NCBI GenBank assembly: GCA_040756375.1
Contig: JBFLZC010000018.1
Span: forward strand, 43,836 to 107,835
Direction of reading: 5' to 3'
Source: Thermodesulfobacteriota bacterium
GTDB taxonomy: Bacteria > Desulfobacterota > Desulfomonilia > Desulfomonilales > Desulfomonilaceae
Length of the DNA: 64,000 nucleotides
A program made the position numbers and the translations under genes. The stretch's first letter is position 1, and each line of letters begins with the position of its first letter. This document shows positions 10,241 through 18,927 of the stretch, piece after piece. A model generated the notes under the pieces. It searched no databases. It was not told the origin of the DNA and was given only the letters and a program-made list of their open reading frames with translations.

Positions 10241-10513
10241 TTGCCGCATGGGATGACCATGTTTCTCCACGTTACAACAGTCGCGTACTTGGGCGATTAC
10301 CGGCTCAGGTTGGAATTTAGTGACGACACAGCCAGGGAAGTGGATTTGGCAAACGAATTGTATGGAGAAATATTCGAACCCCTGAGAGATCTCGATCTAT
10401 TCAAGAAAGTTTACGTCAATCCCAATACCAACACGATAGAATGGCCGAATGGTGCGGATTTTGCGCCGGAATTCCTTCACGAGATAGGCACGGAAGTAAA
10501 GAAGATCGCTTAG
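10241..10513 (+). CDS. DUF2442-family small protein with no adjacent DUF4160 partner.
   Basis: The 90-aa translation (..VAYLGDYRLRLEFSDDTAREVDL...IEWPNGADFAPEFL) is typical of DUF2442. It lies directly downstream of the tRNA. Confidence 0.55.
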   Translation: MPHGMTMFLHVTTVAYLGDYRLRLEFSDDTAREVDLANELYGEIFEPLRDLDLFKKVYVNPNTNTIEWPNGADFAPEFLHEIGTEVKKIA

Positions 10514-10540
10514 GGAAGGTGTCCGACTTCAACCGTAAAA

Positions 10541-10732
10541 CGTTGAGGTCGGACGTTCGAGTCGTCTCGGGCGCACCAACACACTTGCCTAGCCACCAAG
10601 AAAACCCACGATTTCGCGGGTACTCGCTTGTTCGCCTGTCATAGAGGCTGTCATTCGCTCGGACCCCACAAAGAGCGTCATTTCCACTGCTACCATAGAA
10701 AACGTCATCGCCCCCGGATGTCTTGATACCGG
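10541..10732 (+). repeat. Direct repeat of the tRNA-Arg 3' half (37 bp, GTTGAGGTCGGACGTTCGAGTCGTCTCGGGCGCACCA) plus about 155 bp of conserved flank. This is att-like copy 2.
   Basis: Exact match to the tRNA T-arm and acceptor 3' strand. The downstream 155 bp is about 90% identical to the copy at 11499..11704. Confidence 0.85.
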
Positions 10733-10831
10733 TGCGCTGCTAAGCAATGAACAATTGGCCGAATCAGACACGGACCTGCCAAAGCTCAGGTCCGTGGCAC
10801 TCCCGCGCCGATATTGATTGGCTGTGGGTGC

Positions 10832-10864
10832 CACTGACCTGGTGCCCAGGTCAGTGCTGCTTTT
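10832..10864 (+). terminator. Perfect 11-bp stem hairpin (CACTGACCTGG-TGC-CCAGGTCAGTG) followed by CTGCTTTT. Plus-oriented intrinsic-terminator-like.
   Basis: Seen directly in the sequence. No plus-strand CDS lies immediately upstream, so it may terminate a transcript arising from the repeat. Confidence 0.4.
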
Positions 10865-10903
10865 AGCCCAACGTCATCTTCACGGTTTGAAGGAGAACTG
10901 GTA

Positions 10904-11158
10904 TTACGCTTGTGTCTGCATTTCTTCGCGTATCACTCGCCGCAGGGTCTCTTCCAAGGACTCCTCTCGCTGCCGTATGTGCTCACGTAGGGCAGCATTA
11001 ATTAGAGTCTGGTAGTTGCCGCCGCCCATTTCGTGCACCTGCGAGCGAAACCATTGCAGGATATCGTTATCGAGCGGAATGGTGACGCGTGTCTTGCCCG
11101 CGGGAACTGGAACCACGGCGCCCCGCTTACTCTGACTGAAATCATACTCTCTCTTCAT
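10904..11158 (-). CDS. brnA: BrnA-like antitoxin (ribbon-helix-helix, type II TA).
   Basis: The 84-aa translation carries the ...IPLDNDILQWFRSQ...GGNYQTLINAALREH motif characteristic of BrnA/COG3514. There is a 4-nt ATGA overlap with the upstream toxin gene. Confidence 0.7.
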   Translation of the reverse strand: MKREYDFSQSKRGAVVPVPAGKTRVTIPLDNDILQWFRSQVHEMGGGNYQTLINAALREHIRQREESLEETLRRVIREEMQTQA

Positions 11159-11427
11159 TGGTTCTTTCCTTCATATTGATTCCGCTCACGACGCGTTGCC
11201 TTCCGTGCCGAAATAAGTCGGACATGCTCTCCACGCCACGTGTAAGTCACTACCAAGAGACGTCCCAGAGCGTCCATCCCCACTGTAATAAACCGCTCTT
11301 CCTCGGGATCTTGATCTTCCACCGTAAGAGCGTTGTCGTCTTCCAAAGCGGTTACAGCATCGGCAAAGTCCACATCATGCTTTCGGACGTTCTTGTCCGC
11401 CTTGTCTCGATCCCACTCATATTCCAT
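11155..11427 (-). CDS. brnT: BrnT-like toxin (DUF497 ribonuclease toxin).
   Basis: The translation MEYEWDRDKADKNVRKH...RFITVGMDALGRLLVVTYTWRGEHVRLISARKATRRER fits the DUF497/BrnT pattern. The ORF-track start at 11484 adds 19 aa and is less likely. Confidence 0.7.
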   Translation of the reverse strand: MEYEWDRDKADKNVRKHDVDFADAVTALEDDNALTVEDQDPEEERFITVGMDALGRLLVVTYTWRGEHVRLISARKATRRERNQYEGKNQ

Positions 11428-11498
11428 AAAACCATCGTACCACCGGATTTGCGTCAGGGCAAGCGAGCAGACAGTATTGGCCAATCCTCATAACTCGT

Positions 11499-11704
11499 GA
11501 CACTCCGGATGTTGAGGACGGACGTTCGAGTCGTCTCGGGCGCACCAACACACTTGCCTAGCCACCAAGAAAACCCACGATTTCGCGAATACTCGCTTGT
11601 TCGCCTGCCATAGAGGCTTTCATTCGTTCGGACCCCGCTAAGAGCGTCATTTCCACTGCTACCGTAGAAAACGTCATCGCCTTCGGATGTCTTGACAGAC
11701 GGGT
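11499..11704 (+). repeat. Direct repeat of the tRNA-Arg 3' portion (49 bp, from the anticodon loop to CCA) plus conserved flank. This is att-like copy 3.
   Basis: GACACTCCGGATGTTGAGGACGGACGTTCGAGTCGTCTCGGGCGCACCA matches the tRNA from the anticodon loop to CCA. The flank is about 90% identical to 10578..10732. Confidence 0.85.
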
Positions 11705-11755
11705 CCACCTCACATCTCTTTCTCCTTGAAAGGTTGCTGGAATCGAATTCCTTCT

Positions 11756-12307
11756 CTACCGTGGATCCATTTCTATCAAAAGCGAAAGGAGACCGACGAA
11801 CCCCAAAAGGAAGCTTGCCATGTTCGCCACAGCAACTATTAGAATGATGCGCCGTGCAGTGAGAGGTTCATGGAGTACGCCTTGACGATACATATATCCA
11901 AATATACGGCTTAATAGGCCGAACTCTACTGCTGCAACTCCAAATTCTACCACACATACCATGACCCACGCTAACGCCTCAGAGTCCATCACTTTGCCAA
12001 AGAACAGTGCCCCGATCTGCGCAGCAGGATTGGTGATCACGTTAACGAGTGGAACCCAAAACATGAGTTTTATCATGGCCTGTTCTGGCCACCCGAGGAA
12101 CGCACAGATGACGAGATATTCGATAACCACGGTGGCGAAAAAATTCAGAATAAGAATTTCGGCTCGGCCATACCCAAGCACTTCAGGATGTTGCAAGAAA
12201 TCCCGCAAGGGCAATGGGACGTCGTCAGCAAAGCTGGTCCCCAGACTATAAATGAAGCCCAGACACAGAACGCTAATAAATAGTGCGAATCGAGCGTTTA
12301 GCTTCAT
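11756..12307 (-). CDS. Hypothetical integral membrane protein (about 5 TM).
   Basis: The hydrophobic profile is clear, but no recognisable family emerged by eye. Confidence 0.5.
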   Translation of the reverse strand: MKLNARFALFISVLCLGFIYSLGTSFADDVPLPLRDFLQHPEVLGYGRAEILILNFFATVVIEYLVICAFLGWPEQAMIKLMFWVPLVNVITNPAAQIGALFFGKVMDSEALAWVMVCVVEFGVAAVEFGLLSRIFGYMYRQGVLHEPLTARRIILIVAVANMASFLLGFVGLLSLLIEMDPR

Positions 12308-12965
12308 GACGCACCCCCTCTTATGGGCATTCCGAGGCCCCGTGTTGCGATAAGGGGAACAGGTCGAATTTTCATCGAAAACCTCTTGTGAAAGCTACAC
12401 CAGCATCGCCTTACCCACGCGGAGGCTGGATCTCGAGACTTCAGAAGCCCCAGTCCCCAAAGTCATGTCCCCGCCAACGAATTGCCTTGATGCTATAGTT
12501 TGGCCCTCGTGGCAGCCCAAAGGAACTACGGGACACCAGAAACGGATGGACCAGAATACTTTCCAGCGGCGAGATGATCCATATCCTCATCCTTCTCTTA
12601 GCAGGAGTGTAACGAGAGGGATCCGACTTTATCATTCAGGTTGTAGCAATTGCCCGCACTGCGGTCAGGTTGGAATATTCGCTGGTTTTCTCAATTGAAA
12701 GGTGCGTCGGACTCGATTCCCTAAGTTGGAATGACAGGAAACAGACTCATCGGAGAAGGGCTTCGAGGCCACCCGGGACTCGATCCGTAGTCCATTCTGG
12801 AAGGCCCGCTCACTGTTTGTGTAGGCAGCTGCTCTATAGGAATCCCCAAAAAGTTTCGTGGAATGAGGTCGCACTGCTGGACAAGCCAGTCCCGCGTCTC
12901 ACGGGAGCACCCACAAGTTGGTCCGAGATGACACTCCAGAGCTGCTGTAGGTGTGGTGTCCGACT

Positions 12966-13008
12966 CCAACCCTCCGAAGTTGAAGTCGGACGTTCGGGTT
13001 GTCCGGCG
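12966..13008 (+). repeat. Degenerate fourth copy of the tRNA-Arg T-arm region (CCTCCGAAGTTGAAGTCGGACGTTCGGGTTGTCCGG).
   Basis: About 75% identity to the tRNA anticodon-stem/T-arm segment. The acceptor 3' strand has diverged. Confidence 0.55.
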
Positions 13009-13045
13009 AGTTACGTGCCGCAAAAATGTCAGAAGTTGTGCTGCT

Positions 13046-15250
13046 TCATGCTCCTTTGGCTTTTATGGCTTCCATCACGATTTTGGGCGTCAGCGGTATA
13101 CGGCGGACCCGCGCTCCTGTAGCATTGAACAGGGCATTGGCAACAGCCGGAGCCAGGGCAGGCACGCCCAGCTCGCCGATCCCTCCCATCTTTTCCGTGC
13201 TTTTCACCACGTGGACTTCTATTTCCGGCACTTCGCTCATTCGTATGATCTTGTAGTCATCGAACGAGGCCGATTTTGGGCCGCCATCGGCGAACCGGAC
13301 CTGCTCCTTTAATGCGGTGCTCAGGGCAAGGATTATGCCCCCTTCGATCTGTGCGACCAGAGGATCGGGATTCACCACAGGTCCGCAGTCGATCGCGGCG
13401 ACGATCTTGTCGACCTTGATCTTTCCGTCCTTCTCATCGACCGATATGTCGGCCACTTGAGCAGTGTACGTGCCGAAGCAGGTGTGTTGGGCAATTCCTC
13501 GGCCTTTTCCCTTCGGGACCTGCTTCCCCCAGCCTGCCTTCTCGGCAACCGTTTGCAGCACTCGCTGGGCTCGCTTATTGTTGGCAAGGAGATGCATACG
13601 GAACTCTACGGGATCTTTGCCCGCGGCCTGGGCCAGTTCGTCCATAAAGCACTCCATGACAAAGGCGTTCGGGCCGTTCTGGACCGACCGCCACGGATTG
13701 CAGGGGATGGGCAGATCGGAGAGATACTGTTCGACATACCAGTTGGGGATTTCGTACGCGGTTTTGCTCAATGACGGGGCTCCGGGAGCGTCGAATATCC
13801 CCCAGAGGCTGTACATGTCAACGCCGTCCTTTATTGCCTGCGGTCGCAAGAACTTCAGGATCGACGAACACGCGACCTTATGGGACCATCCCACCACCTG
13901 GCCTTTGCTGTCGAGGCCTGCTTCAATCTTCTGGCATGTAGCTCCCCGATAGAAATCGTACTTGATATCGTCTTCCCGCGACCAGACGACCTTGACAGGC
14001 TTTCCAGCAGCCTTGGATGCTCCGACCGCTTGCCCTACGAAATCGGGTGTAGCACGCCTGCCTAGGCCGCAGCCAAGATAAGTCGTATTGATGTGAACCT
14101 TCTCCGCAGGCAGACCCGATACATTGGTCGCGACCATCTTGGCGATCAACTGAGCTTGAGTCGGCGCCCATACGTCGCAGCGGTCTTCTTTGACGTGGGC
14201 TGTGCAGTTCATGGGCTCCATTGTGGCGTGCGCGACAAAGGGCACATAGTACGTTGCTGATACCTTTTTCGCGGCTTCGCCCAAGGCTTTGGTCGCGTCG
14301 CCTGTTTTCACGACAACCGCGCCGGGCTTATCAAGGCCTTCTGTGAAATGCTTCTCAATGGATTCGTCGTTCAGGTCAGGATGAGACCCCGGGCCCCACT
14401 GGACCTTCAGGGCCTTTCGACCCTTCCACGCGGCATCAGGATTATCCGCGCACACAATGATGTTCTCAGGCGTGGGGACTACCTTGCGAACGCCTTTGAC
14501 CGCTTCCGCTGCTTTTTGATCGAACGAAGTCGGCTTAGCCCCATACGCCGGCGGGCGGGCGATTGATGCATACAGCATATCCGGCACTTGAACATCGAGA
14601 CCGAATACCGCCTTGCCGGAAACCTTCTCAGGAATGTCCACACGAGGCATGGACTTGCCGATGTATCTGAACTGAGCCTCCTTCTTGAGCACCGGATCTT
14701 TCGGAAGCGGGAGCTGAGCAGCCTTCTGGCACAGCTTGCCATAGGTCAGTTTGCGACCGCTCTTTTTGTGTTCGACCGCGCCGTTTGATGCTTCGCACTC
14801 TGCTTCAGGCACTTTCCATGTTTGGGCTGCGGCCGTGACGAGCATTGCTCGGCCTGCGGCGCCTGCGGCTCGCAGCGGCTCATAAAAGCCTCTTACGCTG
14901 GCGCTGGCCACGGTAATCTGGTTGTCCAAAAGAGGGTTTTTGAATTGTGGGGCGCCCGGAGCTTGCTTCACGCGGACTCGATTCCAGTTGGCTTCGAGCT
15001 CATCCGCTACGATCATGGGGAGAGCAGTTCTGACCCCCTGGCCCATTTCGGAATTCGGTATGGTAACCGTAACCAGGTCGTCAGGAGTTATCTGAATCCA
15101 GACGTTGGGCTCAAAACCCGCGGCCGCGCCTTTGCCCTTTTCCGAAGCATTGGCAATGCTGTACCCGAACGGGGTGACGGAAGCCGCAATGGTCAAGCCG
15201 GCAACAGCCAACGATCCTTTCAAGAAATCACGACGGGCTATGGGTTTCAT
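13046..15250 (-). CDS. Molybdopterin-binding large subunit of a xanthine dehydrogenase-family aldehyde oxidoreductase (IorB/CoxL-like), Tat-exported.
   Basis: The N-terminal twin-arginine signal is MKPIARRDFLKGSLAVAGLTIAA. The 734-aa length and motifs fit isoquinoline 1-oxidoreductase beta / aldehyde oxidase Mo subunits. Confidence 0.75.
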   Translation of the reverse strand: MKPIARRDFLKGSLAVAGLTIAASVTPFGYSIANASEKGKGAAAGFEPNVWIQITPDDLVTVTIPNSEMGQGVRTALPMIVADELEANWNRVRVKQAPGAPQFKNPLLDNQITVASASVRGFYEPLRAAGAAGRAMLVTAAAQTWKVPEAECEASNGAVEHKKSGRKLTYGKLCQKAAQLPLPKDPVLKKEAQFRYIGKSMPRVDIPEKVSGKAVFGLDVQVPDMLYASIARPPAYGAKPTSFDQKAAEAVKGVRKVVPTPENIIVCADNPDAAWKGRKALKVQWGPGSHPDLNDESIEKHFTEGLDKPGAVVVKTGDATKALGEAAKKVSATYYVPFVAHATMEPMNCTAHVKEDRCDVWAPTQAQLIAKMVATNVSGLPAEKVHINTTYLGCGLGRRATPDFVGQAVGASKAAGKPVKVVWSREDDIKYDFYRGATCQKIEAGLDSKGQVVGWSHKVACSSILKFLRPQAIKDGVDMYSLWGIFDAPGAPSLSKTAYEIPNWYVEQYLSDLPIPCNPWRSVQNGPNAFVMECFMDELAQAAGKDPVEFRMHLLANNKRAQRVLQTVAEKAGWGKQVPKGKGRGIAQHTCFGTYTAQVADISVDEKDGKIKVDKIVAAIDCGPVVNPDPLVAQIEGGIILALSTALKEQVRFADGGPKSASFDDYKIIRMSEVPEIEVHVVKSTEKMGGIGELGVPALAPAVANALFNATGARVRRIPLTPKIVMEAIKAKGA

Positions 15251-15720
15251 GCTCTCTTGCCCTCCTTCTTCGCGATCTCAAGGGCCGCTTGAATACCTCG
15301 CTTGATCCGTGGATACGCGCCGCACCGGCAGATGACGTCATCCATGGCTGCAACGATTGAGGCAGCATCGGACTTCTTGTCCTTTGACATCAAAGCCGCC
15401 ACTTGCATGATCACTCCGGGCTGGCAGTAACCGCACTGCGGGACCTGTTCCTTTATCCAGGCCTTCTTCACCGGGTGATTCTCGGGCAATCCCTCTATGG
15501 TGGTGATCTTCTTGCCCTTCACTTCATCCACTTGGGTCACGCAAGACCGGCGAGCTTCACCATCCACATGAACCGTGCAACTTCCACATTCACCTGTGCC
15601 GCAGGCGTACTTCGTGCCGGTAAGCTTCAGGTGGTCGCGCAAAACCCAAAGTAATGGCGTGTCCCCCGGCACATCGACGTTATACTTCTTTCCGTTGACT
15701 TGAAGCACAATCATGGCCAC
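15247..15720 (-). CDS. [2Fe-2S]-binding small subunit of a Mo-hydroxylase (IorA/CoxS-like).
   Basis: CGTGECGSC is the plant-type cluster. The second cluster motifs are CGYCQPG...CRCGAY. The gene is translationally coupled to the large subunit. Confidence 0.8.
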   Translation of the reverse strand: MAMIVLQVNGKKYNVDVPGDTPLLWVLRDHLKLTGTKYACGTGECGSCTVHVDGEARRSCVTQVDEVKGKKITTIEGLPENHPVKKAWIKEQVPQCGYCQPGVIMQVAALMSKDKKSDAASIVAAMDDVICRCGAYPRIKRGIQAALEIAKKEGKRA

Positions 15721-16152
15721 CCCCTTTTCATAGTGGTTGTCACCCTAGTCTTTGACAGCACGGCGCCTCCAGACTCTTTGCAGCTAAGCCTGGACGACTC
15801 CGAAATTACGCAATGTTCGTACTCTGGTCTGGGTCTGTGACCCGATAATCGGTCGTCGGATGGTTGGTGAGCCCCTTAGCAGGTATCGCCGTGGGGCCGC
15901 AATCTATGTCATAGAACTGTGAAATCGGATTGCTTAACGTTCTAAAGATACCTGTGGGCAGGCACCGCGGTCAATCATAATCTTTGCAACCGCGGCTTAT
16001 TCTTAGCGGGATACGAGCTCGTAAAGGGCCGGCGAAAGGACGCACTCTTACTACCAGGCTCCGAGGCAAGCCCCGGAATCCTCGCCAAAGCCCTGGGCTT
16101 TCGTAATTCCTTGCAGCTTGTTAGCTGTCTCAGTTGACTTGAAGAGCCCCAC

Positions 16153-16455
16153 TTAGCCGCCAATGTCACCCGGAGAAACGCTGGGCCAAACTTCTTCCCA
16201 TCTCCCCGTTGTTGGCCTGAATGCTCCGATCAACTCGGTCTTACCGGGTTCCCACTGGGCAGAACATTCTGCGCTAAGTTTGTGAATCCGGTCTCCAAGC
16301 TCTTCGAGAATCATGTGCAGTTCATTAACGTGCGCGACAACCCCTGACTTATCTCCGGTCGCTACATGGTCCAGCCTGTTCACCACGCCGTCCAGCTTTG
16401 TCTTCCAGCCTGCGAGCTCTTCGCCCATGTTTTGGCAATATGATTCAAGTTCCAT
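16153..16455 (-). CDS. Hypothetical small protein (100 aa).
   Basis: A good RBS (AGGAAAGGGGTAAGAGCT) precedes the ATG. I recognise no family. Confidence 0.4.
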   Translation of the reverse strand: MELESYCQNMGEELAGWKTKLDGVVNRLDHVATGDKSGVVAHVNELHMILEELGDRIHKLSAECSAQWEPGKTELIGAFRPTTGRWEEVWPSVSPGDIGG

Positions 16456-16798
16456 AGCTCTTACCCCTTTCCTCTAGCGCTCCCCTTCCCGTGATTTCCG
16501 TATAAACTTCGTGTCGGCGACCGAGCTTCCGGCCCAGCCTGCGCCAAGGGGCCGAAACTTTGGTCGCGAAGTGCTTTCTTGCTGAACTAACGATAGGTCC
16601 GGTAGATGCCTCTGGCAAGAAGAGTCAGGAATCATGCGAAAAATTTTGTCGTTAAGTAAAGACACTCCCCCCCTCAGCTTCACCCCCTTCGAACGCGGGC
16701 GGGGCCTGTTCGATCATACGGAGGGGCATTGAATATGGTCTTTAACAGCGAGATCCCATGAAATCTTTCCGAATTCGCATCCTATGCGACCCATCGTA

Positions 16799-16848
16799 GG
16801 GGCGTGATTCATCACGCCCTCTTAGCGGGCGCAATGAATTGCGCCCCT
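16799..16848. repeat. Tandem GC-rich hairpins (GGGCGTGA-TTCA-TCACGCCC and GGGCGCAA-TGAA-TTGCGCCC) in the divergent intergenic region.
   Basis: Read directly from the sequence: two 8-bp stems with 4-nt loops, 7 nt apart. Confidence 0.5.
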
Positions 16849-17235
16849 ACAGAGGCCATATGGCTAGGTTTCGTTAGGGACCATCGAGATTGGACCTGGT
16901 CCAGGACGCGTTCGGCTAGTGACGGCAGAGGGGAGTTCGAGACGCTGCCGTTCGCCAGGTCAGAAGCTGGGCGCCCACTTTTTCTTTGAAAACTTCAGGA
17001 AGTCCGTGCTAGACCAGTATACGTTGATCATATTACCGACCGCATACTGGAACCATTTGAAACAGTGGGTGTTTTTGGTGGACGCTCGCTCGCGGTGTTC
17101 TAAGGCTCGCGGGCTTAACTGCCCTGCCCGCAGCGGGCACAGAACATCGGCGTCAATCTGCGTAATCTGCGGATATCACCTGCCCCGCGTTCTGCTGGGC
17201 TCAAATTCAGGCCAACGGTTCAGAAGACTGTTCTC

Positions 17236-18900
17236 ATGGAAAAGCAAGTTCGAATCATCAGCAAGACAGCCTCTGCTTACGGGTATCCACTCCTCGTCAA
17301 GCAACTGCTCAACACTACCATTTTGTATGCGCCAAATCAGGAGATCGTGTACCAGGACAAGGTCCGTCACACGTACCGGGACTTTTATGAGCGCATCCAC
17401 AGACTTGCCGGGGGTTTATCAGCTCTGGGCGTGGGCCCGGGAGATACGGTCGCGGTTTTAGACTGGGACTCGCACCGGTATCTTGAAAGTTTCTTCGCGG
17501 TGCCCATGATGGGAGCAATTCTGCATACGGTGAATATTCGGCTCTCGCCTGAACAGATCCTGTATACGATGAATCACGCGCAGGACGATGCTGTTCTGGT
17601 CCACGAGGATTTTCTCCCAGTCCTGGAGACCATTGCTCCACAACTCAAAACGGTCAAGCTCTTCATTCTCGTCAAAGACGGACCTGAGAAGCCTAGCACA
17701 TCGCTTCCGATTTCAATGGAATACGAGGAGCTGCTCGCGTCGGCGGACCCTTCTTTTCCGTTTCCTGACTTTGATGAGGATGCTCAGGCCACGACCTTCT
17801 ATACGACCGGAACCACGGGCGAACCCAAAGGGGTCTATTTCAGCCACCGCCAATTGGTCCTGCACACACTGGGAGTCGCAGTGGCTGTGTCCGGTTACAT
17901 GACCCCAGCGCGGTTCCAATCCGGCGACGTGTACATGCCGATTACGCCCATGTTCCACGTCCATGCGTGGGGATTTCCTTTCGTTGCAACGTTGCTCGGC
18001 GCCAAGCAGGTCTATCCGGGCCGGTACATCCCTTCTCGAATCCTGGAGCTGATCCGGAAAGAAAAGGTGACCTTTTCCCACTGCGTTCCTACTATCCTTC
18101 ACATGCTGATTAACGATCCTGCCGCAGCTGACGTCGATCTGCGCGGCTGGAAGGTCCATACCGGCGGCATGGCCCTCCCCAGAGGATTGGCCAAGCGGCT
18201 GCTGGACTTGGGCATCAACGTGTTCCACAGCTATGGATTATCCGAGACATGCCCGATCCTAACATTAGGAATTCTGAAGCCGTTCATGAAGAGCTTGGAC
18301 CGGGAAGGAGAGCTGGATTATCGCACCAAGACAGGTTTTCCTCTCCCACTGGTGGATTTGCGGATCATCGACGACCATGGAAAGCAGGTGCCCAGAGACG
18401 GCAAATCGCCCGGCGAAATCGTCGTGCGCACGCCGTGGTGCACTCAAGGCTACTTCCAGGCTCCAGAGCGTTCCGAAGAATTGTGGCGTGACGGTTGGCT
18501 CCATACCGGCGATGTCGCGGTGATGGACGAGCAGGGTTATGTGCTCATCACCGACCGATTGAAAGACGCAATCAAGACCGGCGGTGAGTGGATATCGTCC
18601 CTCACTCTGGAAAGCCTGCTTAGTCGTCATGAAGCGGTGTCTGAATCGGCGGTAGTGGGAGTGCCGGACGAAAAATGGGGCGAACGACCTGTGGCACTTG
18701 TAGTGCTGAAAGACGAGTGTAAGGATTCGACCAGACCTGAAGATCTGAAGACCTTTTTGGAGCAGTTCGTGACGGAAGGCACCATTTCCAAATGGGCCTT
18801 GCCCGATCGGATCTACTTTGTGGAAGAGATACCCAAGACCAGTGTGGGAAAGATGGACAAGAAGGTGATTCGGCAACAACTCCGAGATGGAGATAGTTAG
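17236..18900 (+). CDS. AMP-dependent synthetase/ligase: long-chain fatty acid--CoA ligase (FadD-like).
   Basis: The AMP-binding motif is YTTGTTGEPKGV. The length and C-terminal motifs fit acyl-CoA synthetases. Confidence 0.8.
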   Translation: MEKQVRIISKTASAYGYPLLVKQLLNTTILYAPNQEIVYQDKVRHTYRDFYERIHRLAGGLSALGVGPGDTVAVLDWDSHRYLESFFAVPMMGAILHTVNIRLSPEQILYTMNHAQDDAVLVHEDFLPVLETIAPQLKTVKLFILVKDGPEKPSTSLPISMEYEELLASADPSFPFPDFDEDAQATTFYTTGTTGEPKGVYFSHRQLVLHTLGVAVAVSGYMTPARFQSGDVYMPITPMFHVHAWGFPFVATLLGAKQVYPGRYIPSRILELIRKEKVTFSHCVPTILHMLINDPAAADVDLRGWKVHTGGMALPRGLAKRLLDLGINVFHSYGLSETCPILTLGILKPFMKSLDREGELDYRTKTGFPLPLVDLRIIDDHGKQVPRDGKSPGEIVVRTPWCTQGYFQAPERSEELWRDGWLHTGDVAVMDEQGYVLITDRLKDAIKTGGEWISSLTLESLLSRHEAVSESAVVGVPDEKWGERPVALVVLKDECKDSTRPEDLKTFLEQFVTEGTISKWALPDRIYFVEEIPKTSVGKMDKKVIRQQLRDGDS

Positions 18901-18927
18901 ACCGACTGAAGAAGCGCTAAACTTCAA

